Origin: Syntrophomonadales bacterium
GTDB taxonomy: Bacteria; Bacillota; Syntrophomonadia; Syntrophomonadales; DTU052
DNA length: 64,000 nt
Assembly: GCA_050951725.1 (NCBI GenBank)
Contig: JBMNJO010000012.1
Span: 355,548 to 419,547, forward strand
Reading direction: 5' to 3'
Below are positions 10,049 through 19,412 of the stretch, one piece after another. The position numbers and the translations under genes were made by a program. How positions within the stretch are numbered: position 1 is the stretch's first letter; each line of letters begins with the position of its first letter. Under the pieces are notes generated by a model that had not been told where the DNA came from, ran no database searches, and saw nothing but the letters and a program-made list of their open reading frames with translations.

Positions 10049-10284
10049 TGAGTTTTGAACAAGACTTTAACCGGCTGCAGGAAATAGCCAAGCAGCTGGA
10101 GGAAGGTGACTTACCCCTTAGAATTTCATTGGAATTATTTGAAGAGGGAATTGGTCTTTTTCGCCGCTGTCAAGAGGAACTAAGTAAGGCGGAAGGGAAA
10201 ATTTCGCAATTAGTTAAGTCTGTCGATCAAGGTTGGGAGACAGTTCCCCTCGACTTGACCAGTGGTCGCGGTGAACGGGAATAA
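10048..10284 (+). CDS. xseB: exodeoxyribonuclease VII small subunit
   Basis: 78 aa. FEQDFNRLQEIAKQLEEGDLPLRISLELFEEGIGLFRRCQEEL is the XseB pattern. The start overlaps the xseA stop. Confidence 0.85.
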   Translation: MSFEQDFNRLQEIAKQLEEGDLPLRISLELFEEGIGLFRRCQEELSKAEGKISQLVKSVDQGWETVPLDLTSGRGERE

Positions 10285-10675
10285 CTACTTGTATCAACAT
10301 TTCTATTACACCCTCTTTGGTTGCATATTCTGACCTTCCGATACGGGAATCCGCAAGAGTTCCCTGCCAATTGAGCCTCCATCCCGGAGGCCAAAGCTTT
10401 CCACGTCAAAAAAGCTATGATTCTTTTTGCCGTACCCTTCGACGCGTCCTATCTGTTTTAATCTTAAAGGTCAAGCCTTAGCGAGCCTCAATTTCGCATG
10501 GATATATTCATAAATAATAGTGGAAGCTGTTGGTCGAGTCCCGCCATGGAAACCATTATAATTTCTTATAAAAATTACCTTAGAATCTATTTCATTAGCA
10601 GGAATTTATAACCATAAGTAGAAATAGGATGAATATAGAAATAAATCAAAATATTCTATTGGGGGGTGAGGTTGT

Positions 10676-11185
10676 TTGAAAAAGGTCTTGCTGTTGGCAT
10701 TGGTCATCGCAGTACTATTTGGGGCATTCGTGTTCTTAGAGGGTCTGCTTGGGGCCGAAGCGTTTTTCCTGGCTGCTATCGCACTGGCACTATTCGTCAC
10801 ACTGGGGCCATATGGAGAGTTCTTCAAGATGGCCTACAGCATGTTAGCTGGGCTCGTAATTGCTTTGATAGCAATCTTTTTCCTGGCCGTGTCTTTGCCG
10901 CTCCCGCCAGACAACATGGGGTATGTAGCAATTGTCAGTTCCGTTTCCGTATTTCTCGTCGTTCTATTGTCAGCCGTTGGTCTGAGGCTTGATGGACTCC
11001 TAATCGGTTGGGCGGGACTGTTTGCCGCTGTTTATCCAATCTATCTGAGTGACCCAACTGCTCTGGCGACGGCTGGAGTACCTGCGGCGGTAGGTGCCGC
11101 AGTATCCTTACTGGTTGGTCTGGTCTTGGGTTTGCTGGTCTTAAAAATGGCGGTGTCATTTGCTGCCAGAGAAGGAGGGAGCTAG
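10676..11185 (+). CDS. polytopic membrane protein, unknown function
   Basis: 169 aa, hydrophobic throughout (about 5 TM helices). TTG start after GGGGGGTGAGG. Confidence 0.5.
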   Translation: MKKVLLLALVIAVLFGAFVFLEGLLGAEAFFLAAIALALFVTLGPYGEFFKMAYSMLAGLVIALIAIFFLAVSLPLPPDNMGYVAIVSSVSVFLVVLLSAVGLRLDGLLIGWAGLFAAVYPIYLSDPTALATAGVPAAVGAAVSLLVGLVLGLLVLKMAVSFAAREGGS

Positions 11186-11187
11186 AA

Positions 11188-13179
11188 TTGAAAAACCGAG
11201 GCAGAATCCATAAGCTTATGGTTGCCCTTTTGGTCTTTGCCCTGGTTGCTGCAGCTCCACTAGCGGCATTTGGCGCAGGGGGAACCGTTTCCCAGATAAA
11301 GGACCATGAACTGGTGCTTACTACCCTCGATGGCAATGGGAATGTGAGCGGGATCCAGGTGCTGAATCACCTGAGGATCAATGGCGAGGGTCAGGTCCAG
11401 GTTGCCGACAAGGTTGCTTACGGGATTTCGTCAGTACGCAATCTCTACGGTAAAGAGAAACTGGTTGCTGGTGATGGCCAATTAGTAATAAATACAGAGG
11501 TTAAGGGCTCCAAAGATATCTACTACCTGGCAACACTCGAACAGTCGGCAGTGAAAGATATGAAGTTCCCAATCAACCTTGATATTCAATACTTCCTGGA
11601 TGGACAAGAACTAAAACCTGCCGAACTGCTGGGCAAGAGTGGCCACCTCAAAATAGTGGTCACAGTGGAAAACACTTCCGGTGTTCCTAAGGTTCTGGAG
11701 TTCCAGAATGATAAGGGCGAGATATTTACCAAAGAAGCAATAGTATTTACCCCCTATGCTGTTTCTCTGTCAGGCTGGAAGTTTGACAACAAGTATTTTG
11801 ACAACGTAACCGCTCCTGGTGTAGGCGGGGAATCTCCGGAGGGGGTAGTTACGGACATCCAGGGAGTAACCACCGTAAGTTGGACTATTCCTCTAATTCC
11901 TCCTTCCTACCCCTCCAAACAGTACGCGGTTCTGGAAGCAGATGGCAAGAACATTCAGCTGGATTCATTTGACGTCGCTGTGATTCCAGTGCTGCCGGAA
12001 ACCTCTCAAACCGATTCCTTAGGTGGAATCAAAACCGCGTTTGAGAACTTGTATGCGGGATTTGATTCCATAGAAAAGGGTGTTGGTTCACCGTCTCAGC
12101 CCGACACCCTGCTGAACGGCTTTAATACTGTACTCCAGGCGCTGGGTAATGATCGGGCTGAAGGAAGTGTTATTAATGGTCTGAGTCAAATCAGCGGAGG
12201 ATTGGATTCGTTATACGATAATCTGGTTAAGATCAGAATGGGAATTGCAACCCCTGGATTCGATCCAACAACCTTCAATGCCGCTCAAGGCAAGGACGCT
12301 GAAGGAAGAAGTCCCGGAGCCAGGGATGCTATTGATCTGGTGCATTTAAGCGTGGATAACCAACTCATTCCGGCAGTGGAAGCTCAGGAAACACTCGTAA
12401 CGGGTCTGAGTGGTGTAATCGGCAATCCGACGGATGTCGGTCAGACTCCATCTGCCAGCACTTCATTGTTCAATGATTTGAACACCCTGAAGGCAGCTGC
12501 CGGTTCCGGGCCAGCCGCTGACTTGATTAACAAAGCGATCATACCCAAGGTGAGTATACTGTCCGGCAACCTGAATGCCTTGCAGAAAGGCGGCCAAATT
12601 ACCACTTCTGCCGGTCAGGTTGACTTTCCTGCATCAGTCGGAGCGGTCAAAGCAGGATTGGGGCAGGTCGGTGACTCTTTGGGCAAAGCCAGCGCTGGAC
12701 TTGATCAGGTAGTAAAAGGCTTGGGAGACGTAAAGGCAGATGGGACACCAGTCCCTGTACTGATCGAGGGTCGGCCGGGAACGGTGCTGTTCGCCATGGC
12801 AACGCTGAAAGACGGTGGAGCAAAGCTGCATAGTGGTGTCAGCGAGCAATTAGTTCCGGGATTGTTAAAAATGCAAGCAGGTGTTGGTCAGATCGGCGAA
12901 GGTGCATCCACTGCCAAAGTCAGCTTGGCTGCTGGTCTGGTTGATCTGAGTTCAGCGGGGGCGATTAAAGATAGCCTTAAAGCCAATGCCGATGCGGTTG
13001 ATACTTTCCTGGGCAAGCCCGATAATGCATCGGGTGAAGTAATTTATGTGTTCCGGACCGCTCCGGTTCAGCCTCAGGCTGGAGGAATGGTTAACGGCGT
13101 AATTGCTCTGGTAATACTCTTGGGTCTTTTGGCGGCCATCGGCAGAGGAGGAGCACCTTCCGTAACGGTAGAGGCCTAA
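11188..13179 (+). CDS. secreted, C-terminally anchored surface protein with xxxLxxG-type heptad repeats (YhgE/Pip-like)
   Basis: 663 aa with signal peptide ALVAAAPLAAFGAGG, repeated L/G heptad segments (LNGFNTVLQALG, INGLSQISGGLDSLYDNL) and a C-terminal TM VIALVILLGLLAAIG. Confidence 0.55.
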   Translation: MKNRGRIHKLMVALLVFALVAAAPLAAFGAGGTVSQIKDHELVLTTLDGNGNVSGIQVLNHLRINGEGQVQVADKVAYGISSVRNLYGKEKLVAGDGQLVINTEVKGSKDIYYLATLEQSAVKDMKFPINLDIQYFLDGQELKPAELLGKSGHLKIVVTVENTSGVPKVLEFQNDKGEIFTKEAIVFTPYAVSLSGWKFDNKYFDNVTAPGVGGESPEGVVTDIQGVTTVSWTIPLIPPSYPSKQYAVLEADGKNIQLDSFDVAVIPVLPETSQTDSLGGIKTAFENLYAGFDSIEKGVGSPSQPDTLLNGFNTVLQALGNDRAEGSVINGLSQISGGLDSLYDNLVKIRMGIATPGFDPTTFNAAQGKDAEGRSPGARDAIDLVHLSVDNQLIPAVEAQETLVTGLSGVIGNPTDVGQTPSASTSLFNDLNTLKAAAGSGPAADLINKAIIPKVSILSGNLNALQKGGQITTSAGQVDFPASVGAVKAGLGQVGDSLGKASAGLDQVVKGLGDVKADGTPVPVLIEGRPGTVLFAMATLKDGGAKLHSGVSEQLVPGLLKMQAGVGQIGEGASTAKVSLAAGLVDLSSAGAIKDSLKANADAVDTFLGKPDNASGEVIYVFRTAPVQPQAGGMVNGVIALVILLGLLAAIGRGGAPSVTVEA

Positions 13180-13204
13180 ATGCTATAAAACAAATTTAGT
13201 AACA

Positions 13205-13236
13205 GAGCCCCCCTTTAGGGGGGTTCACCTTTTTGT
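13205..13236 (+). terminator. rho-independent terminator candidate
   Basis: GCCCCCC / GGGGGGT stem followed by CCTTTTTG. Confidence 0.5.
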
Positions 13237-13549
13237 CCCGTGAAAGCGGCCGGGAAAAAGAAGGTGTAAGGGCTCATTGCTGTATATCCAAGCCGCCACA
13301 TCACCATCTCCATAACGAAAGACACTTCACTATGTTTCTCCCAACATATCATAAGGATGTCCATCACACTGCAGGTATATCGGGGTTAGGCTTTCCGGAA
13401 GAACCCGTGTTAATTTCCGGTAGTTGCGAAAACCCCTTGGGATGCAGCTCAGTATACTCATTACTCGCGGGTTTTGATAAAATAAGTGTGGTCCATGGTT
13501 TGAACAGTTCTGAAACTCTGGGGGTCAAAAAAACCCAGCGGCAAGAAAG

Positions 13550-13999
13550 GTGATGGAGGTAGTGATGCAAGGTTTGTTTAATATGAAGTTTCTTGGCAAG
13601 GAAGACCATCTAATGATGCCTTCTCTGACTAAACTGGTGGTAACCCAAACGTTGTACGACATACTGTTTCAGTATGTATTTACACCCGAAAAGGAGCAAA
13701 AGCTCCTGGATTTCATCAACCGGATTCGGACCCACATGAGCGATAATGCTTACCGCAATACTCCGTTCTCGGTCCCCGTAAATGAAATGCAGTTCTTGGA
13801 GGAAGGTATAGAAGAGCTTAAACTGCTTTGCTGGCAAGTTGTACCGGTTTATGTATTCGAAATCGAATTCTCGGTACCAGTATCATCTTCTGAATTTGAG
13901 GCTGTTAAAGACCAGGTAGATCTGGTACTATCTGATTTATTCGTTTACAACTGGCAGGGAGAAAACCGAATTCTAGTTTACAGCACCATCCCATTGTGA
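13550..13999 (+). CDS. hypothetical protein
   Basis: 149-aa ORF with no recognisable motif. Confidence 0.3.
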   Translation: MMEVVMQGLFNMKFLGKEDHLMMPSLTKLVVTQTLYDILFQYVFTPEKEQKLLDFINRIRTHMSDNAYRNTPFSVPVNEMQFLEEGIEELKLLCWQVVPVYVFEIEFSVPVSSSEFEAVKDQVDLVLSDLFVYNWQGENRILVYSTIPL

Positions 14000-14545
14000 T
14001 ATAACCTTTCCGGTGGTTCCATCAATGCAGGTAATCTGCGGATTCATGTTGGAATAACTGAGGTAAACCCGCATAACGAGAGATTGCTGACTAACGAGTT
14101 CGAAATGAACCTTGCCGGGAGACTGGTTTTTTGACGTCAATCGTGAGATTACCTCGGTGGAATCGAACCTGAGATCGGTTAGATCGATAGGATGTTTAAA
14201 CGCCATCAGGAGTTCCTTAGTATAGGCCATTCTACCCTGACGTACTGCGACCAGAAGGTTGCGCCCTGTTTTCTGTTCAACAAAGATAACATTCCAGTTT
14301 GACCAGAGTCCACCTTTTCCTTGACTGCCGGCAGGGGAGTATTCGCCGGCTTCCGTACTGATAGCGTAGGCCAAACGTGCATCCGACGACCAGCGCAACG
14401 CTTGCGGCAAACACACCTCAATAGCCTGTTTGAGGCTGATTTCTTCGGGATAACAATCCTGTTGAAAAGTCCCGCCGATAAAAGCTGCCATAGCTGTTAA
14501 CACCAGAGAAATTGCCGGTATCAGTATCCTTCGGTTCATCCCCAA
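13973..14545 (-). CDS. secreted hypothetical protein
   Basis: 190 aa with signal-like N-terminus NRRILIPAISLVLTAMAAFIGG. AGGAG lies 10 nt upstream of the TTG start. Confidence 0.5.
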   Translation of the reverse strand: MGMNRRILIPAISLVLTAMAAFIGGTFQQDCYPEEISLKQAIEVCLPQALRWSSDARLAYAISTEAGEYSPAGSQGKGGLWSNWNVIFVEQKTGRNLLVAVRQGRMAYTKELLMAFKHPIDLTDLRFDSTEVISRLTSKNQSPGKVHFELVSQQSLVMRVYLSYSNMNPQITCIDGTTGKVISQWDGAVN

Positions 14546-14735
14546 AACATATCATCTCCTGACGAAGTGGCATCTTCAATCCCTATGAAACCATTTAGCT
14601 TGTTTGAGTGCATTAGCCGACTGCATTGCCCGATGAAGATATTGACCATCTTGCTTACAAAGATTGACAGCCGGTCTTGCCGGTTGTTCGTCATATTTTC
14701 AGTCAAAGGTCGTTATGATGTATGGGGGGAGTTGT

Positions 14736-15404
14736 ATGAACAGGAGTACAATTTATTGGGTTTTAATAACCTTCACGTTATTAACGGGGGTTGTTTATTT
14801 TTACGAATCCCGGATAGCCGCTCTATCCGCAGCAAATATAGAGCTTCGCCAACGTCTTACTTACCTGGAACCGCCCTCACCTCAAATTATCTGGTCGCAA
14901 GATTTGCCAACACTTCCCCACTCCATTGATGAGGTCATGAAAAAGGGATCGAGAATCAAATTCCGCACTTTGGAGATAAACGATAAATGGAATCGCCCTA
15001 TTTATATCCCTTTATGGCATAGTAAAGCCTGGAACAGCGGTAGATTCTGTTACGTTCCGCACCTGATCGAAAGTAACCGTCACCGGGTATTTATTTATCA
15101 GGGAGGAGGTTCTTACTGGTTTGACATAAGCCCAAGTATGGGATTTACGGATGATACCGCACCAGTTGGCATAGCTTTTAAAGTTAGAGAAGAGGTTGCG
15201 ATTATCGCACTGGAAGCGAAAATCAAAGATATCTTTAAACTTGGGAATCAATTACAGATTGTAATAGAGCCTGTCCGAAAAGGTTACCATATTGCTGCTA
15301 TCCCTCTACGTGATTACCAGGACAGTCTCTGTCAGGTGGTAACCCCCGATGGTTTCGAGATCGAGATTCCCTTGAGTGCTTATTCCAGTGGTTCATACCA
15401 GTAA
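14736..15404 (+). CDS. membrane-anchored hypothetical protein
   Basis: ATG 14736 follows GGGGGGA. N-terminal TM STIYWVLITFTLLTGVVYFY. Confidence 0.45.
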   Translation: MNRSTIYWVLITFTLLTGVVYFYESRIAALSAANIELRQRLTYLEPPSPQIIWSQDLPTLPHSIDEVMKKGSRIKFRTLEINDKWNRPIYIPLWHSKAWNSGRFCYVPHLIESNRHRVFIYQGGGSYWFDISPSMGFTDDTAPVGIAFKVREEVAIIALEAKIKDIFKLGNQLQIVIEPVRKGYHIAAIPLRDYQDSLCQVVTPDGFEIEIPLSAYSSGSYQ

Positions 15405-15889
15405 TAGTCAATGGTACGTTGCCCATATTTACGAGCTTCCTGATTGCTCCAGTAGTTGCCAACACCGAAGTAAAAATCAACCCAGTACGGGGAATCCCCA
15501 TACCTGCTCCAATTGGCATCCCCAGTATCAATTACAGTAAAGGCGTTCAATTTTTGGCCCTGGATGGTAATGCTTTTTGGGTTCTCCAACATTATCACCG
15601 TACCAAATGGTATTATGGGATCAAGATGATTTCCTCCAGGTACCTTAGGATGAACCGCAACTCCTCCGATAAAATATGGACGACCACTGGAAGAAACCGG
15701 GGCGCCTGGGAGTTCGGTGTAAGCGGTAGAAACCTGGTTTGTAGCCCGGTTTACCAAGTACCACTGCGGTTTTCGATCAGGAACAGCCAACTTTTTCGGT
15801 GTCTCTACCTCTTGTCGGGAAAAAACCAATACAAGTACCAGTACCAAAGCACCTGCCAATACAGCCAGATGCCGCCAGGTTATTTTCAT
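15380..15889 (-). CDS. 3D domain-containing (MltA/RlpA-like barrel) secreted protein
   Basis: N-terminal TM/signal HLAVLAGALVLVLVLV and C-terminal FTVIDTGDANWSRYGDSPYWVDFYFG, typical of the 3D domain. Confidence 0.65.
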   Translation of the reverse strand: MKITWRHLAVLAGALVLVLVLVFSRQEVETPKKLAVPDRKPQWYLVNRATNQVSTAYTELPGAPVSSSGRPYFIGGVAVHPKVPGGNHLDPIIPFGTVIMLENPKSITIQGQKLNAFTVIDTGDANWSRYGDSPYWVDFYFGVGNYWSNQEARKYGQRTIDYYWYEPLE

Positions 15890-16252
15890 TCGTAAAGCCC
15901 CCTTTGCCTTTAGTATTTGTTGCAAATAATTTTTTAAAGGGTCTGTCAGATGGCAGTTAGGGGCAATAATTACAAGGATTGGTTATTCGACAACAGCCCT
16001 GCTGGAGGATCACTTAGCGGGAAAAATTGTCTGCTGTTGCTGAAAGGTTCCTTCCCATTCTTGACGAAGATATATACTTGAGGATAAGCTTTGCTATACG
16101 ACATACCACCAGATCAGGTTCACACCCACGAGGCTTTTTGGAAAACTTATCCGCATATAATCGTAGTGGGGCAGGTTTGGTAGACAGTGAACTCAGTTTC
16201 AGGTATACTTAAACACTGATGTTTTTACAGCTGAGATTTGGAGGTGGTTAGG

Positions 16253-16663
16253 ATGAGGGACAAATGGGAAAAAGGGGACCCCGTAAATCTTTCAGACCTA
16301 TTGAAGATTACTCCAGTGGCTAACGAGATTATTCGCTTGGGCCAGGAACTTGATATGAAACATTCAGATATTATGTGGATTGTAACTGAGATCATTAGGG
16401 ACTGCGATTGGGAGCGGGACTCTGGTCTGCCAATTAGCCCGACTGACCTGGAACTCGATGCCGAAGATGACCCTGAGATGTTTGAGGAAGAGTGGGATCA
16501 GTATGAAGACGCGAAGGAAGAAACCTATTACCGGGTATCTTTAAAGGTAAATTCCAAAGGGAAATTCCCTGAGATTAGTTTTAAAGCCGGGATTAATGAT
16601 AGAGAAGACTTAAAAGGTTTCCTTACCACAGTATTAGATATAATGGGAAAAATGGATATCTAA
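16253..16663 (+). CDS. acidic hypothetical protein
   Basis: ATG 16253 follows GGAGGTGG. Very acidic with no known motif. Confidence 0.45.
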   Translation: MRDKWEKGDPVNLSDLLKITPVANEIIRLGQELDMKHSDIMWIVTEIIRDCDWERDSGLPISPTDLELDAEDDPEMFEEEWDQYEDAKEETYYRVSLKVNSKGKFPEISFKAGINDREDLKGFLTTVLDIMGKMDI

Positions 16664-16678
16664 ACACTGTAAGAATCA

Positions 16679-16707
16679 GGGCTGCTCCGTTTCGGGGCAG
16701 CCCTTTT
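16679..16707 (+). terminator. rho-independent terminator
   Basis: GGGCTGCTCCG / CGGGGCAGCCC stem followed by TTTT. Confidence 0.6.
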
Positions 16708-16808
16708 GATTGATATTCGCTTAGACAGATATGTCCGCAGGAAATTAGGTTTGTGTGTTGAAACTAAGAATTGTAGTAATCATTTGAGTTTGGGGGGAGG
16801 GTACTGGC

Positions 16809-17249
16809 TTGAAAAAGATAGGAAATCCACGGCTGGTGTTGTGGATTTTGATTGCAGCCTTACTGGTGTATGTTGGCTATATATACAAAACGGGAGAAAA
16901 CCAACCCGGTTTAACTACACCAACGGTGAGCCAGGCTACAGTAATCAATGATTTCAGGGAGATGAAGAATATTCAGGTGCCGACGGAAGCTGAATTGGGC
17001 GGCCACTTTTTCGCAACTGAACTGCTGTTTCCCGCGGAGTTTGAAGGTCGGGTGGGTGATGTGTTCTATGTTCGGATGGAAGATGGACACATCCTGGCGA
17101 CCATAAGCTACCGTGTCGAAGAGGTAACCGATGAGGTTCCAGCCAAAGCCACATATACGCCGTTGAAGGATCATGGCCCAGACTATGTACCTGAAGGGGA
17201 TTATACAACTAGAAGTATAGAAGAACAGTTGGTTGAGGCCGAGGATTAA
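16809..17249 (+). CDS. membrane-anchored hypothetical protein
   Basis: 146 aa. TTG start after GGGGGGAGGG. N-terminal TM LVLWILIAALLVYVGYIY. Confidence 0.45.
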   Translation: MKKIGNPRLVLWILIAALLVYVGYIYKTGENQPGLTTPTVSQATVINDFREMKNIQVPTEAELGGHFFATELLFPAEFEGRVGDVFYVRMEDGHILATISYRVEEVTDEVPAKATYTPLKDHGPDYVPEGDYTTRSIEEQLVEAED

Positions 17250-17340
17250 TCAAAATCGTAATCGTGCTTATGCTGTTTGCATTTGGAAGGTTAATAGGAT
17301 GTGTTCTGCTGGGCGGTTTCCAGTGATAGGTGGGGGGAGG

Positions 17341-18072
17341 CTATTTTGCCTCCCCCATCTTAATCAGTTCTGAAACGGTTACGAATTTGTAACCCTGTTT
17401 TTTAAGTTCCTGAAGAATGACCGGCAGAGCTTCGGTAGTCTGTTTACAGGTATCGCTGGCATGCATTAAAACAATAGATCCGGGCTTAACCCGCTTGATA
17501 ACCCGTTCGGCTATGGTGGCAGCACCGGGATTCATCCAGTCCAGGCTGTCGACACTCCACTGTATAACCGTATATCCGCATTCCTCAGCGCCTTTGATTA
17601 CCTCATCATTGTAATCACCATTGGGGGTACGTATCAGCGTCGGTGTGGTTTCGGTCACTTCTTTGAGGGCCTCGTGGGCCTTCATGATTTCCTCTTTGAT
17701 TTCTGTTCGGCTGAGTGTGCTCAAATTAATGTGACGGTAACCATGACTGGCGATTTCATGCCCGTCTTTTTTTATCCGCTGTGGTATCTCTGGATACTGT
17801 CTGGCCCAAGGTCCCGATAAAAAGAAAGTCGAACGGATTTCATTCTTCTTGAGAATTTCGATCACCGGCTCCGGGGTCTGGTTACCCCAACTGATATCAA
17901 AGGTCAAGGCAATGACCTTTTCTTTGACGGGGACTTCGTATACTGGTTTGAGACGGTGATACGCGTTTACATATATAACCGAGCTGACTGTAAAAAAAAT
18001 GACGGCTACCGCCAGGAGAACTATTTTGGTGCGCTTCGTTAAATGGTAAAAGCCAACTACAGTGGGCCTCAA
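17341..18072 (-). CDS. polysaccharide deacetylase (NodB domain), PdaB-like sporulation type
   Basis: IALTFDISWG, ASHGYRH and a LMHA region are NodB motifs, preceded by an N-terminal TM anchor. Confidence 0.85.
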   Translation of the reverse strand: MRPTVVGFYHLTKRTKIVLLAVAVIFFTVSSVIYVNAYHRLKPVYEVPVKEKVIALTFDISWGNQTPEPVIEILKKNEIRSTFFLSGPWARQYPEIPQRIKKDGHEIASHGYRHINLSTLSRTEIKEEIMKAHEALKEVTETTPTLIRTPNGDYNDEVIKGAEECGYTVIQWSVDSLDWMNPGAATIAERVIKRVKPGSIVLMHASDTCKQTTEALPVILQELKKQGYKFVTVSELIKMGEAK

Positions 18073-18126
18073 ATCCCAACACCCCCACGGTTTTTATACA
18101 AGGTTATTGTAAGGGTGCTTCCTTTA

Positions 18127-18867
18127 TTACTTGTTTTTCATTGCCAGGAGTTCGCTGACTGTCACAAATCGATAACCAAGTTCGGACAACTTCGGTAAGG
18201 CGAGGGAAAGCGCACGAATCATTACCTGACGGTTTTCGCCTCCGTCATGCAGCAGAATGATTTGTCCGGGCTCAACCCCCGCGACAATCTTGTCGGCCAG
18301 CGAATCGGCATTGGTGGCCTTCCAGTCCTTGTAGTCAGCATTCCAGGTCCAGGAGACGATAGTAAGTTTCTCTTGTTTACAATAATTGACCAGATCATGA
18401 GACAGGAAACCACCTGGTGGTCGCAAGAGGCGGGGTCGGGTGCCGGTTATTGAGGTAATAACCTCCAGACTGCGTTGAACATCGGAACGCGCAAACTCTG
18501 AGTTATTGTACTGTCTGATGTTGTGAGTATAGCCGTGGCTGCCGATTTCGTGTCCATGGATTTGAATCTCTTCAACCAGAGTCGGGTGGTCTTTGGCATA
18601 TACCCCCAATACGAAGAAGGTGGCTCGAGCCTGGTTCTCTTGAAGTACCCTCAAAACCTCAGGGGTCGCTTCAGGGTTAGGTCCGTCATCAATAGTTAGA
18701 GCAATCGCCTTTTCATTGGTGTCGACCGAGGAAACAACGATACCCTGCCGTTGCCACTCCTTCAGATTTGGATGTAACGCGAACAAATATACCCCGAAGG
18801 AAGCTACCAGGAAACAGCAGGAAAACAAGAACATGACTACATGGTTTCGACGCAGAATTACCATCAT
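18127..18867 (-). CDS. polysaccharide deacetylase (NodB domain)
   Basis: IALTIDDGPNP, GSHGYTH, LLRPPGG and ILLHDG are NodB motifs, preceded by an N-terminal TM anchor. Confidence 0.85.
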   Translation of the reverse strand: MMVILRRNHVVMFLFSCCFLVASFGVYLFALHPNLKEWQRQGIVVSSVDTNEKAIALTIDDGPNPEATPEVLRVLQENQARATFFVLGVYAKDHPTLVEEIQIHGHEIGSHGYTHNIRQYNNSEFARSDVQRSLEVITSITGTRPRLLRPPGGFLSHDLVNYCKQEKLTIVSWTWNADYKDWKATNADSLADKIVAGVEPGQIILLHDGGENRQVMIRALSLALPKLSELGYRFVTVSELLAMKNK

Positions 18868-19257
18868 TTCAATCCTTCTCCTTAAACAAATGTGATGGCG
18901 CCGCGGGAAGGGTCTGTTTAGATATCGCGCAGGAACATGATCCTACTATTACCGGCTTAGGGCAGAATGCTGGCAAAGCATTACAGGCTTCCTTCCAATA
19001 AGTACGTGAAAATATCCTATTCTAGAATAAAGAAGGCGCATGAAATGGTTCTTAGTGCAACCAAAATGTGTCATTCCGGGCAACTGGGTCCAGGTTGAGC
19101 AGCGGAACCTTACGGTCTATAGACCTAAGATCGTACTCGATGGGGCTTTCTTAGGACGCAGACTTGATATTTTTATTTTTCGTGATATTATTAAAACTGG
19201 CTATTGACTGCGGCGCATACTTGCGTTTAAGCTTTTTTCGCTTTACAATTATACTTG

Positions 19258-19325
19258 GTTAACTCAGAGGAAGAGTTCTCCTTGACGCGGAGGGGGTCGC
19301 AAGAACGACCCGCCCGAAACAGGTT
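19258..19325 (+). other. tRNA-Val-like remnant (D arm and anticodon arm only)
   Basis: GGTTAACTCAGAGGAAGAGTTCTCCTTGACGCGGAGG parallels the first 45 nt of the adjacent tRNA-Val, with compensatory D-stem changes. No canonical T arm and no pairing acceptor stem. Confidence 0.4.
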
Positions 19326-19337
19326 GCACAAAAATAT

Positions 19338-19412
19338 GCGCGGTTAGCTCAGAGGAAGAGCACCTCCTTGACGCGGAGGGGGCCATAGGTTCAAGTCCTA
19401 TACCGCGCACCA
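19338..19412 (+). tRNA. tRNA-Val (anticodon GAC)
   Basis: Hand-folded 75-nt cloverleaf. Acceptor GCGCGGT/ACCGCGC, D arm GCTC-AGAGGAA-GAGC, anticodon arm CCTCC-TTGACGC-GGAGG, T arm ATAGG-TTCAAGT-CCTAT, encoded CCA. Confidence 0.9.

Noticed and set aside
13233-13553. 106-aa + strand ORF directly after the surface-protein terminator.
   Set aside because: It begins inside the terminator T-tract with a non-ATG start, has no RBS and has odd composition. It is probably non-coding.
16706-16951. 81-aa ORF overlapping the start of 16809-17249.
   Set aside because: It starts inside the preceding terminator, has no RBS, and overlaps the better-supported TTG-initiated membrane-anchored ORF.
19258-19325. 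Possible second functional tRNA upstream of tRNA-Val.
   Set aside because: The D and anticodon arms fold. However, the 5' flank cannot pair with any 3' acceptor strand, and the T arm would have a non-canonical CAAGAA loop. It is treated as a remnant.
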